A stretch of DNA of 63,864 nucleotides, filler included, from Octopus bimaculoides (GCF_001194135.2; 11 parts of 11 records of this genome joined end to end with filler, not necessarily neighbours in it), one strand, 5' to 3'. Positions 39,093-53,619 are shown, counted from the whole stretch's first letter. Made by a program: numbers and translations. Notes: generated by a model not told the origin, from the letters alone.

Positions 39093-39859
39093 AAACAATC
39101 GGTTGCATTTTTGAAGATGGTTAATATTTAACGAGAATCCTATCCATACACGCTGATATTGTGAATCAGAGGGATTGGTGGCAGAGAGCTATTTATGATA
39201 TGGATGCTTAAAATAGTTAACATATTATATATCATGAATTTATTAAATTCATGTTAATATTAATTTTTATGTTCATCAAATGTATTTCCCATGTTATATT
39301 GAACCATTTACGCGTAGAGAATTAAAAATAATACCGCAAATTCTACTCATTGTGTTTATGTGTAGTAGTAGTAGTAGTATATAAAAAGAGAGATACAATG
39401 CACCAGAGGCGATAGTATTTAGTGGTGCGTAGATGTTAATGTCGTTTCGTAACCAATTCAGAATAGGTAAGTCAGAGTAGAATATAAAGCAGTTGTAACC
39501 TCTGCGGATGTGTGAGGAATTTTCTTTGCTTCTTACCATTATTCATTGATTTATTTGCTCATCTTTTATAACACGAACTAAATATTACTCTTTGTATATG
39601 TCATTTTTTTCTGTTCCATGCTTCGTTTAAGTTACATTGGAAGCTCATCAAGAAAAATATTTAATGAAACAGGTTTGTATAAATTTGATGATATTCTCTT
39701 GTCATTTTATTCATTCCACCAGGGCGTGATGTTAATAACCCGCAAACATATTTCTCCTCATACATTCTGAGAAGTGAAAGCGAAACAGATTCAGAATAAT
39801 TTTTGAGAATATGCACTTTCCAGTCTTATTCAAATTTGCAGCCGTTCGAAACGAACTGT

Positions 39860-40600
39860 ACAGCACATTTTTATCGAACTATTGCTATTGTACCTGACAT
39901 CGAATGTGTGCCCTTTAAACCTTTTGTTTAATCATTCTGTTGTACAACCAACATACATCATGTTGTGTTTCGTGCATTCTGCCGCATACACCGAATGGGC
40001 ACTTCTACCTGTCCCACCTTCTGTATAATTCATAAGATTTCTGTTATGATTCTTGATGGAATTCACTTCACTCATGTTGTGGCTAGTTTTGAAGGTACAG
40101 CGTGCAGATATTCCAATGTACGTTTTCTTGAAGTCAGGATTCGGAGTCAATAATTCTGTTATATTCTTATTCCTTCTAAACGCTGAGGAAATATCTGTTT
40201 GAAACGAGGATATTTTGGCGCCACATGCTAGTAACTTCCATGCAACACCTTCGAAATGCCAGCGAAATTTCGGTAACAGTTAATCACTGAAGGAATTCTG
40301 CCATCCATTGTATTGTGTTTGCTAAAATTATGCCAATTTCACAATGGCTGGATGGCTTTCTACTCCCAATCGCAAAACGATCAAGTTCATATATTCGGAA
40401 CATTTTGGATTTTGTATCTAAAATCAACATTTTTTTCTAGGCACAAAGGCTGAATCGAGAACTGCTTTTTGGCAACCATGGATGTTTCTTTCTTATATCC
40501 CAAAATTGACCACTATGAAGGGGTAGAAGCATGCATGGGTGGCTATGAAAAGTGGTCAAACAAAAGTATCCCATCAAATTTTCTCTTTAGATTTTTGAAG
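39860..40600 (-). mobile_element. Penelope-like element remnant (GIY-YIG endonuclease)
   Basis: Minus strand SVYAAECTKHNMMYVGCT followed by LNKRFKGHTFDVR; degenerate RT-thumb sequence upstream. Confidence 0.75.
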
Positions 40601-40774
40601 TTTTTGCGTTAGAATGAGGTTTAGACAAATATTTTATCACCAGTAGAAGGGTTGCGCCCTGGGTAGCCCCATGGCAGTTAATTTCACTAATGTCTTCACG
40701 ACGAAATTTTATACAGAGTTACTGAAGACAGTCTAGTATCAGCAGCAGCAGCAACAGCGGTAGTAGTAGTAGTC

Positions 40775-40843
<69 letters not shown>

Positions 40844-40850
40844 GTAGTAA

Positions 40851-41060
40851 GTTGGTGAGCTGGCTGAAGCGTTAGCACACCTGGCAAAATGCTTGGCGTT
40901 ATATCATTCGTCTTTATGTTCTAAGTCCAACTTCTAACGAGCTCGCCATGGCCTTTCATCATGTCGGTGACAATAGATACCAGGTGTCCACGTCGGAGGA
41001 TGTAATCGACTTTTCTCCCCTTCACATTTGCTAGCCGTTTGCCAACATACGAAATCCCCA
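40851..41060 (+). mobile_element. Degenerate AAGGCGGCGAGC-family SINE
   Basis: GGTGAGCTGGCTGAAGCGTTAGCACACCTGGCAAAATGCTT...GCCTTTCATCATGTCGG. Confidence 0.6.
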
Positions 41061-41376
41061 GTAATATTATTTAAAGAAGTATAATAAATGTAAATCGCAG
41101 ATGTTAACAATCGTCTTTTTGCATGAAGTTCGTTTAAACAAAAATATTTAACTAAGCCTTTGTACTTTTATCTCACGACCTCGTTTCGAAGAAACATGTT
41201 TATAACGGTAGTATTTATATAGGAAATGCAATATATCGATTATTAAATGTTGGATCAATGTATTTGTTTGCCTAACATCCTAGTTTTAATTCCAGAATAA
41301 TCTGATTAGGAAAACAGGAGACAGTAATGAAGGCAGCGAAAGCGGTTCTGTTAATATTATCCGACGTTTGATGTCA

Positions 41377-41441
41377 TCATAATGACATACATAATGACAT
41401 ACATAATGACATACATAATGACATACATAATGACATACATA
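41377..41441. repeat. 12-bp minisatellite (CATAATGACATA)n, about 5 units
   Basis: Perfect tandem units read directly. Confidence 0.9.
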
Positions 41442-43832
41442 AGATATTAAACTTTGTGGAATTCATGGATCTGGTTATAATAGTTTAGCATTACGTGTGA
41501 ACATTTAGAGGAACTATATCTGTGCCCGAATACACCAAAGACATTTATTCTCTTATAATGATTGCGAACAAAATAAATATTCAATACATACAGTGCATAT
41601 GAACGCATAAAAGCACAAAGTGTACTTTGAGAAGCTTCAAAGATTATGTTGCCACGAGCAACGCATTCTTTTAAAGTTTTGGTGTATATAAAAATTGCAA
41701 TATGTAAATTGAAAGGAATTTAAAACGCCACGTACAAGCAATACAATATGATTACATACGAATAAATATACATATGATAATAGATACAGATATATAAATA
41801 TATACATATACATTNNNNNNNNNNNNNNNNNNNNNNNNNNNNNNNNNNNNNNNNNNNNNNNNNNNNNNNNNNNNNNNNNNNNNNNNNNNNNNNNNNNNNN
41901 NNNNNNNNNNNNNNNNNNNNNNNNNNNNNNNNNNNNNNNNNNNNNNNNNNNNNNNNNNNNNNNNNNNNNNNNNNNNNNNNNNNNNNNNNNNNNNNNNNNN
42001 NNNNNNNNNNNNNNNNNNNNNNNNNNNNNNNNNNNNNNNNNNNNNNNNNNNNNNNNNNNNNNNNNNNNNNNNNNNNNNNNNNNNNNNNNNNNNNNNNNNN
42101 NNNNNNNNNNNNNNNNNNNNNNNNNNNNNNNNNNNNNNNNNNNNNNNNNNNNNNNNNNNNNNNNNNNNNNNNNNNNNNNNNNNNNNNNNNNNNNNNNNNN
42201 NNNNNNNNNNNNNNNNNNNNNNNNNNNNNNNNNNNNNNNNNNNNNNNNNNNNNNNNNNNNNNNNNNNNNNNNNNNNNNNNNNNNNNNNNNNNNNNNNNNN
42301 NNNNNNNNNNNNNNNNNNNNNNNNNNNNNNNNNNNNNNNNNNNNNNNNNNNNNNNNNNNNNNNNNNNNNNNNNNNNNNNNNNNNNNNNNNNNNNNNNNNN
42401 NNNNNNNNNNNNNNNNNNNNNNNNNNNNNNNNNNNNNNNNNNNNNNNNNNNNNNNNNNNTATATATACCTATATATACCTATATATTTTATTTGGATTAA
42501 AAACAAAAAGATGATAAAATGCTGTCAACCATGTAATGAGGTAAAAAAATATAAATGTATAAATATTTATGTAAATACGCCGCCAGTTTTAGTTGATTAG
42601 ACCAGTTTTGTTGGGATATAAGTGAAGGTAATGTAAATGAAAATAAATTGCAGTACCCCTGTTGCAATGCATCTCTGATCCTTCTGACAAAGTTATACCT
42701 GAGTTAATAACATTTTCTTAATTAAATAATTCAACCAAAGTATAGGAAATCTAATAGGGAGAGACCTTGCATAAAGTGATATATATGTTGTCTAAATTGA
42801 AAAACGTCATATATGTATGATAAACAAGGCTTTATTTGCATCAAATCAGCCATATTCTTTTCATGTGTTACCAATAAGGAACCCGATATATTCTATCACA
42901 TATCTAATCATAGTGAGATTGTTCCGAAACATTATGGTATGAAAAATTGATTACTAGCAACGGAAACAATATCAATGCCAAAAAGGTTTTTTTTTTTAAT
43001 ATCTATGAATTTCTTGGTAGTCAGTGAATAGGGCATTAGTAGAATGACATCAAGTGATATGGAATTTTCAGTTTCTATGACATACCATTTTCGCCTGCAA
43101 CGATCTATGTGTGTGCTTTTTAAGCACCAAGCGCATATATCAGAAGAGTGCACAAGGTTAATAACGCAGTATTCACTGTTCGAATAAGATATCCATTTTA
43201 TGTTGGATAAACGATAACCTTTTGATATTAATAAAGCTTCCGTTGTTAATAATACATTTTTAATAATCCTGTTGTTGATCTGCAACATTAGATCCTGAAA
43301 ATATGCCGATATGCTATATATCATAGGAGCGAGATTAGGCTGACACGAAGTGACCAGAGGCGTTCCACTGAGGATTTCCAGTAGAATATAGTCACGGGAT
43401 ATTGGAGTACTGGCACCCTTCACCGAGGATTCTTGTCTGCGATGATACATGCGTGTGCTTCTTTACACCAGCACCTATATGAGTGGATCTGGCAAAGCAA
43501 ATAACGCAGACAAATAAAAAGGCTGCAAAATATGCAGCATACGCCATACATATTTAAGGAACCACGTGTAAACACAGAGTAAACTTTTCCGAATTTTAAA
43601 TGTTAACATCAGAAATACTTTAAATGTAATTTATCTGTACTTCATTCTCCATTTTTGCATTGTCTTTAGTATTTTTCGTCTTGTCATGGTTTCTTTTTTG
43701 TCATAAGGGTGTTTTGTAACTTCTCCGGTATATTTAGGTTCATCAACTTTATATAGGCCTTTCAGTTGATCGAATATATATATATGTGTGAGGGCATGTG
43801 TCTGTATGAATTAATTATTTATGATTTATATG

Positions 43833-43868
<36 letters not shown>

Positions 43869-43869
43869 C

Positions 43870-43962
<93 letters not shown>

Positions 43963-45414
43963 CATATATATATAGATATATGGGGAAACAAAAAAATACA
44001 TTACTAGCATTTCCATAGAACGTTCAGTATAAAATTACCATCGCAATCATAGATTTTAAGTAGGAAATGTAAAAGTTACACAACGACGACTGCAAAGAAT
44101 ATATTTAGCAAAATAGAATGAATTGGCAGTATAATTTGTAACAAACTTTTTGCTGCATACAATGATGGATTTGCAGTCCTGAAATTAATTAACTCAGAAA
44201 TTAAATTAAATCAATACTATTATTGCATTACCTCTAATATATCCGAAGGGAGTTTGCAATCCAAAATATGATTTCACTTATACAAACAAATGACATTTTC
44301 AGCAGTTAACTACTGCTCAGAAGTTTTCATTTTATTTTTATACAATACCTGAAATTTTCGAAATTCTTTAAATAACTGTTGCAAGTTAAATATTTGTTAT
44401 ATAAACATGCTATTTAAATTTCACTGCTAATTGACAGACAAGTTTTCATCCAAAATTTGAATCACATTTTTGAGAGAAGATTATGAAATTATAGTCAAAT
44501 AATCAAGACGACATCATTTATTTCCCTCAGTCAATATGCTGGCGACTAGATGATTGAGAAATGATATGCCTCAAATAAATTATAGGTGCATCCTTAGAAA
44601 TACTTAACGTATTTAACTTGCGGGAATATATATTTGGAATGCTTCAAACGTAATACTTCAATAAATTATTTTTAGCAATTCAATGAATCTGCAGCAGGTA
44701 TTGTCATGTTGGACAGATGACAACCGAAGTCTTTTCTAAGTGTTGAAGCCCTAATAATGTAAAATGTCATGTAAATTTTTCTCTTAAGAAATTGCTTACT
44801 GAAAAGTAATAAATGAAACAGTAAAGCTAGTTGATTGATACTACTAATGAAGAAATGATTTATTTTAGTGTCATAAAATGTTAATTACCAATAAAAAAAA
44901 ACAAAGTTACAAATATAAATTTTAAGATAAGTAGGCTGAAAATAGGAAGACAATGACTTGGTGTAGAAAAAGTTTAGTGTGACAAAAATTATTTTGAAAT
45001 TTCAATTTTAATTTAAGTATGTAACTTATGTTATTTTGCATATGAGTATAATTAGTTAGAAATCTGTTTATTTAAATAATTTTACATTGATTCAGTATTA
45101 GGATATATTTAGAATTAAAATAGAAAATAGTTTTAGGTAAACACGTGTTTGCAAATGTGTACGAAGAGCTTGTAAGATCTTGTAGAGAATGTGTGGCGAA
45201 TGGATTATAATTATCTTAGGTTGAAACATATTCAGTAACTGAGCATACGCACGCAGAAGCACACTGGCAAACACGCACACAGACGCACAACACACACATA
45301 TATATGTGTGTAAGTACACACATATACACATACACAGAGTGTCCATATCCATAACACTGAGGTACTTACAAAAGGCAACATTACCAAGTAATGAAGCTGT
45401 TGCCATCAAAATAC

Positions 45415-45965
45415 AGCTTAGATAGTCAGGTCATCTCTTACGTATGAGCGATACCAAATACCGAAGCAAATTCTCTTTTGCTAATTCCCAAAAGGAAGAT
45501 CTGTTAGGAGGCCACTCTAGCGCTTCAAGGACAAACTAAAACGCAATCTGAAGCGATGCAACATTCCCTCTTCTTCCCGAGAAAACAAAGCATCCGAACG
45601 CTGGACCTGGGGCCAGTCCTGCTTTACCTCAGTTCAAAGATTTCAGCAAATTTCACACCAACATTGAGGGCAACTTCGTGCAAGCATGAAGGCACGCTGG
45701 CAAAACACTGCTCCCCCAAAAACTAAGTCTTACTCCCAATGTGGTTTTGTGGCATGAAGCAAAGCATGCCTTGTCGTCCACTGAAGAAAACACCTAGCAA
45801 ATGATCCACAAGCATTCAAGCAAACTAAGTCATCCACTTGTTCTATTTGCCAAAATGTTTGCAAGGCACCAGCAGGCATGCGAAAGACACATTCATGACC
45901 ATAGAACATAATCAATGCTTTATTTTACTGAACTCTCATTTGTCGTCCACAGGAGAATCCATCAT
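45415..45965 (+). mobile_element. RTE LINE 3' end, degenerate
   Basis: LR.SGHLLRMSDT..PKQILF..PKGRSV.RP..RFKDKLKRNLKRCNI, then zinc-finger remnants (CSICQNVCKAPAG). Confidence 0.8.
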
Positions 45966-47169
45966 ATATACATACGTACNNNNNNNNNNNNNNNNNNNNN
46001 NNNNNNNNNNNNNNNNNNNNNNNNNNNNNNNNNNNNNNNNNNNNNNNNNNNNNNNNNNNNNNNNNNNNNNNNNNNNNNNNNNNNNNNNNNNNNNNNNNNN
46101 NNNNNNNNNNNNNNNNNNNNNNNNNNNNNNNNNNNNNNNNNNNNNNNNNNNNNNNNNNNNNNNNNNNNNNNNNNNNNNNNNNNNNNNNNNNNNNNNNNNN
46201 NNNNNNNNNNNNNNNNNNNNNNNNNNNNNNNNNNNNNNNNNNNNNNNNNNNNNNNNNNNNNNNNNNNNNNNNNNNNNNNTATATATATATATATATATGT
46301 TCAGTATCCCTATTTTGTTGACAGTTAGACGTTCACCTACGATTAAATAAATTTGAAGGCCTGAGTAGTGAATTGGAAAACGTATACTAACACTGTTGTA
46401 TTACAAATATCTGATCAGATTAAAGCAGCCAGTCGAAATTTCAGAAGATTCATTAAATGTTGTTGAAGCTGTTGTAACAGAAGTGTTACCAAATAAAATT
46501 GGAATGATTTGAAAGTTGGTGGAAGAGATGAATCGATAATCAATGCAGATGGCATACATGGATTTATTCGAAGAATAATTTATTCTGCAAAATGTTCTAA
46601 TATATCTCCTTTTGAGAGAATGTCAAGAAAGGGTTCAAACAGCCAGGAAATAAAATATGAGGGAATTGTTGAAGAATTTCAATAATCCACTTACAATATT
46701 GAATGCGTTTCAATCATTTCAAGTTTTGATCCTTGAAACTATAAATACATTGCTTTATCAGATGAATGTCTTCAATTCTTATTCCAAATCCAAAGGATTT
46801 CAAGTGCCCTTGTCTTTAAGGCAGGTGTGATTATTACAAAGATGAAAATGTTGTAATTAACTAAGTCGTTATAAAACTGAACAGAATGTTAAATCATCTC
46901 GAAAACATTCTCGAGGTGAGAGGAAAGTCTGAAATTACTTCATAGCATTAACCACTTAAAAGAAGCTGTTACTCGCCGTCAATATTATTGCTCCAAATGC
47001 CAAAGAAGTGAAAGGGATTCTTAGTAATAAAAATGCCAGAAACCCTGCGTTCCAGCATCGTCAAATACAAATACATACCTTCCGGGAGAAAGTAGTTATG
47101 AAGATTATTGGCTTTATCGTTCGTCAATTATTGGAGCTTTCTCTGCAAGCATCTTTTAGCTTTCATGTG

Positions 47170-47375
47170 TTTTAGTCTCTTTTACTTTGGCCATGGTGGA
47201 CCACCACTTTGAACAATTTTAAGTCGAATGAATGAACCGTTCTCCTTATTCTTTTAAGACTTGTATTTATTTTATTGGTCCCTTTTGACAAACAGTTAAC
47301 TTACGGGAACCTAGGCAAAACCTTCACCGGTTGTCAAACGGCGATGAACGATACACTCAAAGACTCACATATACA
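47170..47375 (-). mobile_element. Degenerate 3' half of OR2-type SINE
   Basis: GGCCATGG..CTTATTC..TTACGGGAAC..CACCGGTTGTCAA. Confidence 0.55.
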
Positions 47376-47510
47376 TACAAACACATCATTATATACATGA
47401 TTATATANNNNNNNNNNNNNNNNNNNNNNNNNNNNNNNNNNNNNNNNNNNNTTAATTAATTAANNNNNNNNNNNNNNNNNNNNNNNNNNNNNNNNNNNNN
47501 NNNNNNNACT

Positions 47511-47567
<57 letters not shown>

Positions 47568-48125
47568 CACATGGTACATTTCACACCAGATCCTCAATTC
47601 TTTGGGATATGCAAGAAATACCAGCACCTAACTGGCTTTTGCAATTGAAAATGTTTTAACTATTGTGCAAATACCAATATTGACGATGTATCGATCAAAC
47701 CATTGAACCAGGACAGTCATTTCGTAATAATTTTGTATCGCCATGAAGACTTTGCGGCTAATGTGTTTCTCTTCATTCTAATCTAATACGCTATGCTATT
47801 CGATTGTCGTTATAACACTGGAGGATATCATACTTTTTGTCATTAATCGCCTTCACTTTTAAAGAGTTTTCAAAAAATAAAAAAAAGTCACCCATCCTTC
47901 TGGGTGACTTAAACGGGATTAAAATGGTCTTCAGTATATACTAAATGTGAAGCTTATTTTGAATGGAAATGTTGGCTGAAATTAATGTTAGTAAAGACCT
48001 GGTCATGCCCCAAATAGTAATGCAACCCACACATAAAAATAAACCAGTAGGTTTTATATTCTACAGCAATACAGACTTGTGTGTGTACACCTTTTTCTTC
48101 GGCCATACAATTATTGCTTTCAAAT

Positions 48126-48320
48126 TTTGGCACAAGGTCAGTAATTTCGGAGGAGAAGCAAGTCAATTACATCGACCAACAATGCTCAACTGGTATCGAC
48201 CCCGACAAGATGAAAAACAAAGTCGAACTCGGCGGAATTTGAACTCACAACGTGAAAACTGGCGAAATATTGCTAAGCATTTCGCCCGGTGCACCAACGA
48301 TTCTGCCAGCTCGCCGCCTT
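48126..48320 (-). mobile_element. AAGGCGGCGAGC-family SINE
   Basis: Full alignment to 16821-17035; CpGs retained. Confidence 0.8.
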
Positions 48321-49329
48321 AGGCCATACAGTTATTGAGATTTCGATGCATAATAATTGAAAAATATTTCTCAGTTTAAAACCAGAAAATATAGAAACTT
48401 CTCTTTTCGGAAATTGGTTGGCCTCCTCGAAGCTGACTGGGAGACACTTGAAACTTTTTTGCGGAAATTAGATTGGTCCAGTAATTTCGAATAATTCAAC
48501 CAGGAGAAGAAAACAAATCAAGAAATACTGAAAATTGTCAATTCTCACACTCACCTCAGCTATTCCGATAAAAAATTAAACAGTAAATATTTCCAGGGTC
48601 ATGCGAATTCTCGTGAGAAAGTATTCAAATATTATGGACAACCTCTATGAACCAGCTCTTACATCGTATACCAATATCCTCATATTTTGATATTGTCGTA
48701 TGATAAAATTAGAATGAATGAATATTTAAGTAAGAATCGCTGAAGCTACACAAATACTTCCACAAGTATATGAACGATCAAGAAAATATCTCTCATCAGC
48801 AAAGCAAAGTCAAATCGAAAGGATTTCTTCGGGTGTTCACGTGACTGTTTAGTTTTAAAATAAAAACCACAATCCGAGTCAATGTCAAGGTAGTGGGATA
48901 CCGACTATTGTCATCAGATATAAGAGAAATACGTAAGCGTATTGTCCCAGTTAACCAAAGATCAGTAGATTGAACACATATATTCTATCGGATTGTAACT
49001 TCTCTCAAAAATCCAAATCTAACTGAACAGGACATAATTAAATTAGTAAGCTATCTTGACACAAAACTAGCTCCAGTATAGGATTGCTATGTATCATTAT
49101 AATCCTACAGAGCCAGCCTTTCTAATTCCGTATAAATGCCCTATTTAGACGCTGGGTAACTATACAAAATGCTAAAAGAAAAGATAAATATGATTCCTAA
49201 GATCGCAATAACAAACAATTTCAAATTTGTATTGTGTACATCTCACGCATTAAAATTCCTGTAAATAATTATATTAAAAAAACATAATATATTTAGGCAG
49301 TCCTTTCTAAAATACTGTCCAGATCAGCA

Positions 49330-49900
49330 TTTAATTGTTTGACTTCATTTCATCGAAATCTTTGACAAAGTCGACCATCAAATTTAACAAGCTGAAAATG
49401 TTGGTATTCGAAGAGAAGCCTCAGATTTCTTGAAAAACGAAGTGAAGTAGCAGCAGTCAAAGGAGCCTATACCAAAAATACAATACGTCTACGGTCTCTT
49501 TTTGAACTTTTCACTTCAATAACCTTGTTAGACATCGAGAAAATATATTCAGATTGCAATATTCAGTTGAATTGCAAACGTTATTAGAGTAGGGCTAGAA
49601 ATCACAGCTGATGAAGACATCAATGCGCCCCAACAAGAATTATACGTCACACAAAACATTAATAATACAATATCGCTAAACATCACGAAATTGTACATTA
49701 TGATCAGGAATCTCTCAGAAATGTTCTACCTTGCACCCAAACAAGGACATCATTCAAAAATATAAATATGTTCATCAATTGCATGTAGCTGTGGGCACAT
49801 TCGTCATCTTCTAACTATATATACAAACTACCAATAACCTGCCAAGAACTAAGTCACAGTGTGCAGAGAGTTAATACTACAGGAAGCATAAAAATAACGT
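49330..49900 (+). mobile_element. Very degenerate CR1/L2-like RT remnant
   Basis: TCTTTGACAAAGTCGACCAT (FDKVDH) and DEDINA.QQELY, collinear with the 58475-58860 type. Confidence 0.5.
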
Positions 49901-50181
49901 TGGCTCTCGATGAAAGACACTCTCAATTTTGGATTGAAATAGAAGCAATATAGTGAAACATCAACCACTATTTACATAGATTTATTTCTTTTTACAGTTG
50001 TATTTCTAGCGTATTTTAAAGTTTATGTACGAGTGCGCATACTTTATAAATATAAATATACAAATACATACACATACATATGTATACTTCTGCATGGATT
50101 CATGATGTAGGTGTGAGCATTAATATATGTGGGCAGACAGACGCACATTCAGGAACACACACACGCGCGCATGGTGGGGTG

Positions 50182-51225
50182 TATTAGGTCGTCAAGTATG
50201 AAATTTGTAGTAAGGTATTTGGTAAACTTTGACATTTTGCGCCATTATTATATTTTGACAATATTTTTTGTTAGAAAGCTGACACATTTAACTCATTTTG
50301 CGCTTTATAAAGTACTTATAAATCGTTTTTTGTTATTTTTGTTTAGAGATGGATAAGTCGGAAATTCGTACACTTTTGAAATTTGAGTTCTTTCACAGAC
50401 AGTTCGGAATATTAATGGAGTATTTCATTCTAATGTTATTACTCAGCAGACAGTATCAAATTCGTTTGCAAAATTTCGTTCTGGTAACTTTGACCTGGCA
50501 AATGAGCAACGCGGTCGACCAGAAACAAAGATGGATAATGACGTGCCGAACGCCACCGTCAAGTCAGATCCATCTCAAAGTACCCATGAATTATCGTCGT
50601 TGTTTGGTGTTAGCAAGCAAACAATATTGACTCACCTAGTTGAAATCGATAAAGTGAAAAAGTTGGATAAGTGGGTTCCACATAAACTCAATGGAAATCG
50701 GAAACTGGAACGTTTGGAAGCCTGCATTATGCTATTTTCTCGTCACAAAATTGAATCATTTTTAAATCGAGTTGTAACATGTAATGAGAAATGGATCCAA
50801 TGCAACAACCGCAAACGTTCAGCAAAATGGTTGGACAAAGACGAGCCACCATAACACAGTCCAAAAAGCAAAATTCATCAAAAGAAGCTGACGGTATGTG
50901 CTTGGTGGTCTGGCGCGGATGCGATTCATTATGATTTCATTAAACCTGACACATCAATCACGGCCGAAGTATACCGCAGCCAACTGGACTAAATGATGCA
51001 GAAACTTACAAGCCTAGATTAGTCAACAGATCCACTCCTGTTTTATTGCAAGACAACGACAGACCACATATCGCAAAAATGACATTGGCGAAACTAGAGG
51101 TGTTGGAGTTGAAAGTTCTCCATCATCCACTATACTCACCTGATCTTACCCCCACTGACTTCCACTTCTTCCAGAATTTGGATAACATTTTGATAGGAAA
51201 AAATTTAATTTCGACGATTATAACC
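50182..51225 (+). mobile_element. Mariner (DD34D, Mos1/SETMAR-like) transposase pseudogene with 5' TIR
   Basis: TA-TTAGGTCG terminus; MDKSEIRTLLKFEF, KKLDKWVPHKL, VTCNEKW, QDNDRPH, YSPDLTPTDFHFF; multiple frameshifts and stops. Confidence 0.92.
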
Positions 51226-52485
51226 TCAAAACTTATAGGAACCCACTGTCCAACCCGACTCTTGCTAAATTTGAACATCTCTTGCCAAACATCTTTTGGG
51301 CCAAAATCTTTGAATAGATTTACTGAGGTGATCCCTTTTTGCAACCATAGGTTTTTGTCCACCTTTTTGAAAATGTATAGATATAAAAGTAGATGTAATA
51401 AAATTGTTTAGCGTTACGAGTATTTGATACCGGCGAGGTTGAATTTTTGCTAACTAAAGCCACCTGAGTGTTTAATAATAGATTTTGTTTTAGAAAATTT
51501 GGACTGGTCCGCTGATGGGATTTTCTTCTAAATTATATAAGCATTTCATAAAAGTATAAGCTTTTCATTACAAAATTTTGATCTGTGTGTGTCTCCTGTT
51601 TGATTGCGAAGTATTCTTCTTTTTGTGCTGTTTTGCAGCGGTTTATGTGATTGTGCTGTCCCTCAGTATTTAGAGGACAGATGGCTGAGTCTGGGAAGAA
51701 AAACATGTTTTATTCGGACCTGAGTGAATCGGATATGTCGGCTTCGGAATTATCGTCAACCGAGGAGCTGATCAGAGCTATTGATAAAATGGACAAATGC
51801 CTAACGGTGATATTACTGAGGTGGGGTAGGTAGCTCGTTTTCATATATCATTTCATTTTTCATTCATGTTTATCATAATTTTATTATTTTAATTGTTATA
51901 TGTCCCCACATGTATTGTACTATCCGTTCTGTGTGTGCTCCTTGTGGGTAATAAAGGATCACTGTGCGTGTCTCAGGTTTCCTGTTTATCCTGATGTGAG
52001 GGTCATCACCGTGATGCACTTTAGTGTAAATAAACTGCGGTGGTGAGCTCCCGAAATGGTCATAAATATATGTGAATGTTGAATATGACCTGTGAAGTCT
52101 GCTCATGAAGAACTTTTGGACGTACTTGTGTTAGAGGAGCAAAAGAGTTTTTTCAAGATGCATGTGAATTTGACCTGTGGAAGTCTGTTTACTTATGAAC
52201 TTTGGACATACTTGCATGAGGGAAGAAAAGACCTATTCAAATATTTTTACAAATATTTAAAAGAAGAATTTTAAAAATGTTTTAAATAATTTTAATCGTC
52301 TGATAAAACTTTTTTAGTAGGTGGACATCTATTTTATTTTATTTTATTTTCATCTTTACCTATTTTATATTTGTCTATTAAGTTTNNNNNNNNNNNNNNN
52401 NNNNNNNNNNNNNNNNNNNNNNNNNNNNNTTAATTAATTAANNNNNNNNNNNNNNNNNNNNNNNNNNNNNNNNNNNNNNNNNNNN

Positions 52486-52573
<88 letters not shown>

Positions 52574-52809
52574 TAATTAATTATATATTAAAGCTACCAG
52601 AACTTTGAATCTTCAAGCATTCAACGACAATATGAGTCTTCAAACATAGTTCCTCCCATAAATTCTTACATAAAATTTAGGATTTTATGGAGGGTCAAAG
52701 TTGGGAGCAAAAAAATGACAGTGGACACATACAAGGAAACCGAACGAAAACAAACATGGAGGGTTGTTAGACCAAAAAGCCGCCAGATAAACTTAAGAAT
52801 AATAAGAAT

Positions 52810-53240
52810 ATGATTAACTGCACATGCCATAGAAAATCTGCATGTCCGCTCCTGAACCAACATGCTCATAGTATATAAAAGCATAATCTACACATCTCAA
52901 CATAATTACGTGTACATAGGTGCCACGGAAAACCAATTCAAAGTCCGTTATCGAAACCACATCTTGTCATTCTGAAAAATAGACGGCACGTGACCTCGCT
53001 GGCAGACCTTATATGGGGACTGAAAGAATCAAAAATTAAATACCAAATAGAATGGTCAAAAATAAAATAAAAGATGCACATCCATGTACTTCACTATCTG
53101 GCAAATGTGACCTTTACCTTGAGGAAGCACTGAGTATTCTACTAAGTAATGAAAATCTAGTGAATAAACATGATGAGAAAACTTCAAGATGTAGTCACTG
53201 TGCCAAATATGCATTTTCCAGATTGAACAGTGTATAAATT
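52810..53240 (+). mobile_element. Penelope-like GIY-YIG endonuclease remnant
   Basis: CTCHRKSACPL..YVYIGATENQFKVRYRNH..KCDLYLEEALSILL..LVNKHDEKTSRCSH. Confidence 0.8.
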
Positions 53241-53619
53241 ATAATTATTATTATTCTATCTCACTAAACCCATTTTTTACCGCCTTCACATATGTATAGG
53301 AGTGTGTATTTATGATGGATCATTCAATGATATAACTATGTACATGAAAATGAGTAGGTAAATGTATAAGTGTCTATGTATAGACATGAATGTGTTTATT
53401 GATATGTAGGTGAGTATATGTATGCATGTGTGCATCTGAATACATGTACATATATTTTTTATATATATGCATGTATGTGTGTACGTGTCTGCATGTGAGT
53501 GTGTGTATGTATGGAAACACTCAGTGGTGTATGGTATATTGGTGTGTAAGTGATTGTATAAGTATGAGGTAATGGATGAATATATTTTGTGTAAAGGTAC
53601 AGTTCAGCAAAAGAGACTA

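Noticed and set aside
43826-43980. Higher-order (TA)n(GA)n unit repeated three times, and the duplicated microsatellite block at 60270-60560
   Set aside because: Pure microsatellite mosaics next to gaps; slippage or misassembly is sufficient.
48330-48660. Possible Tc1 transposase C-terminal remnant
   Set aside because: Only a vague W..SSP-like trace; too degenerate to support.
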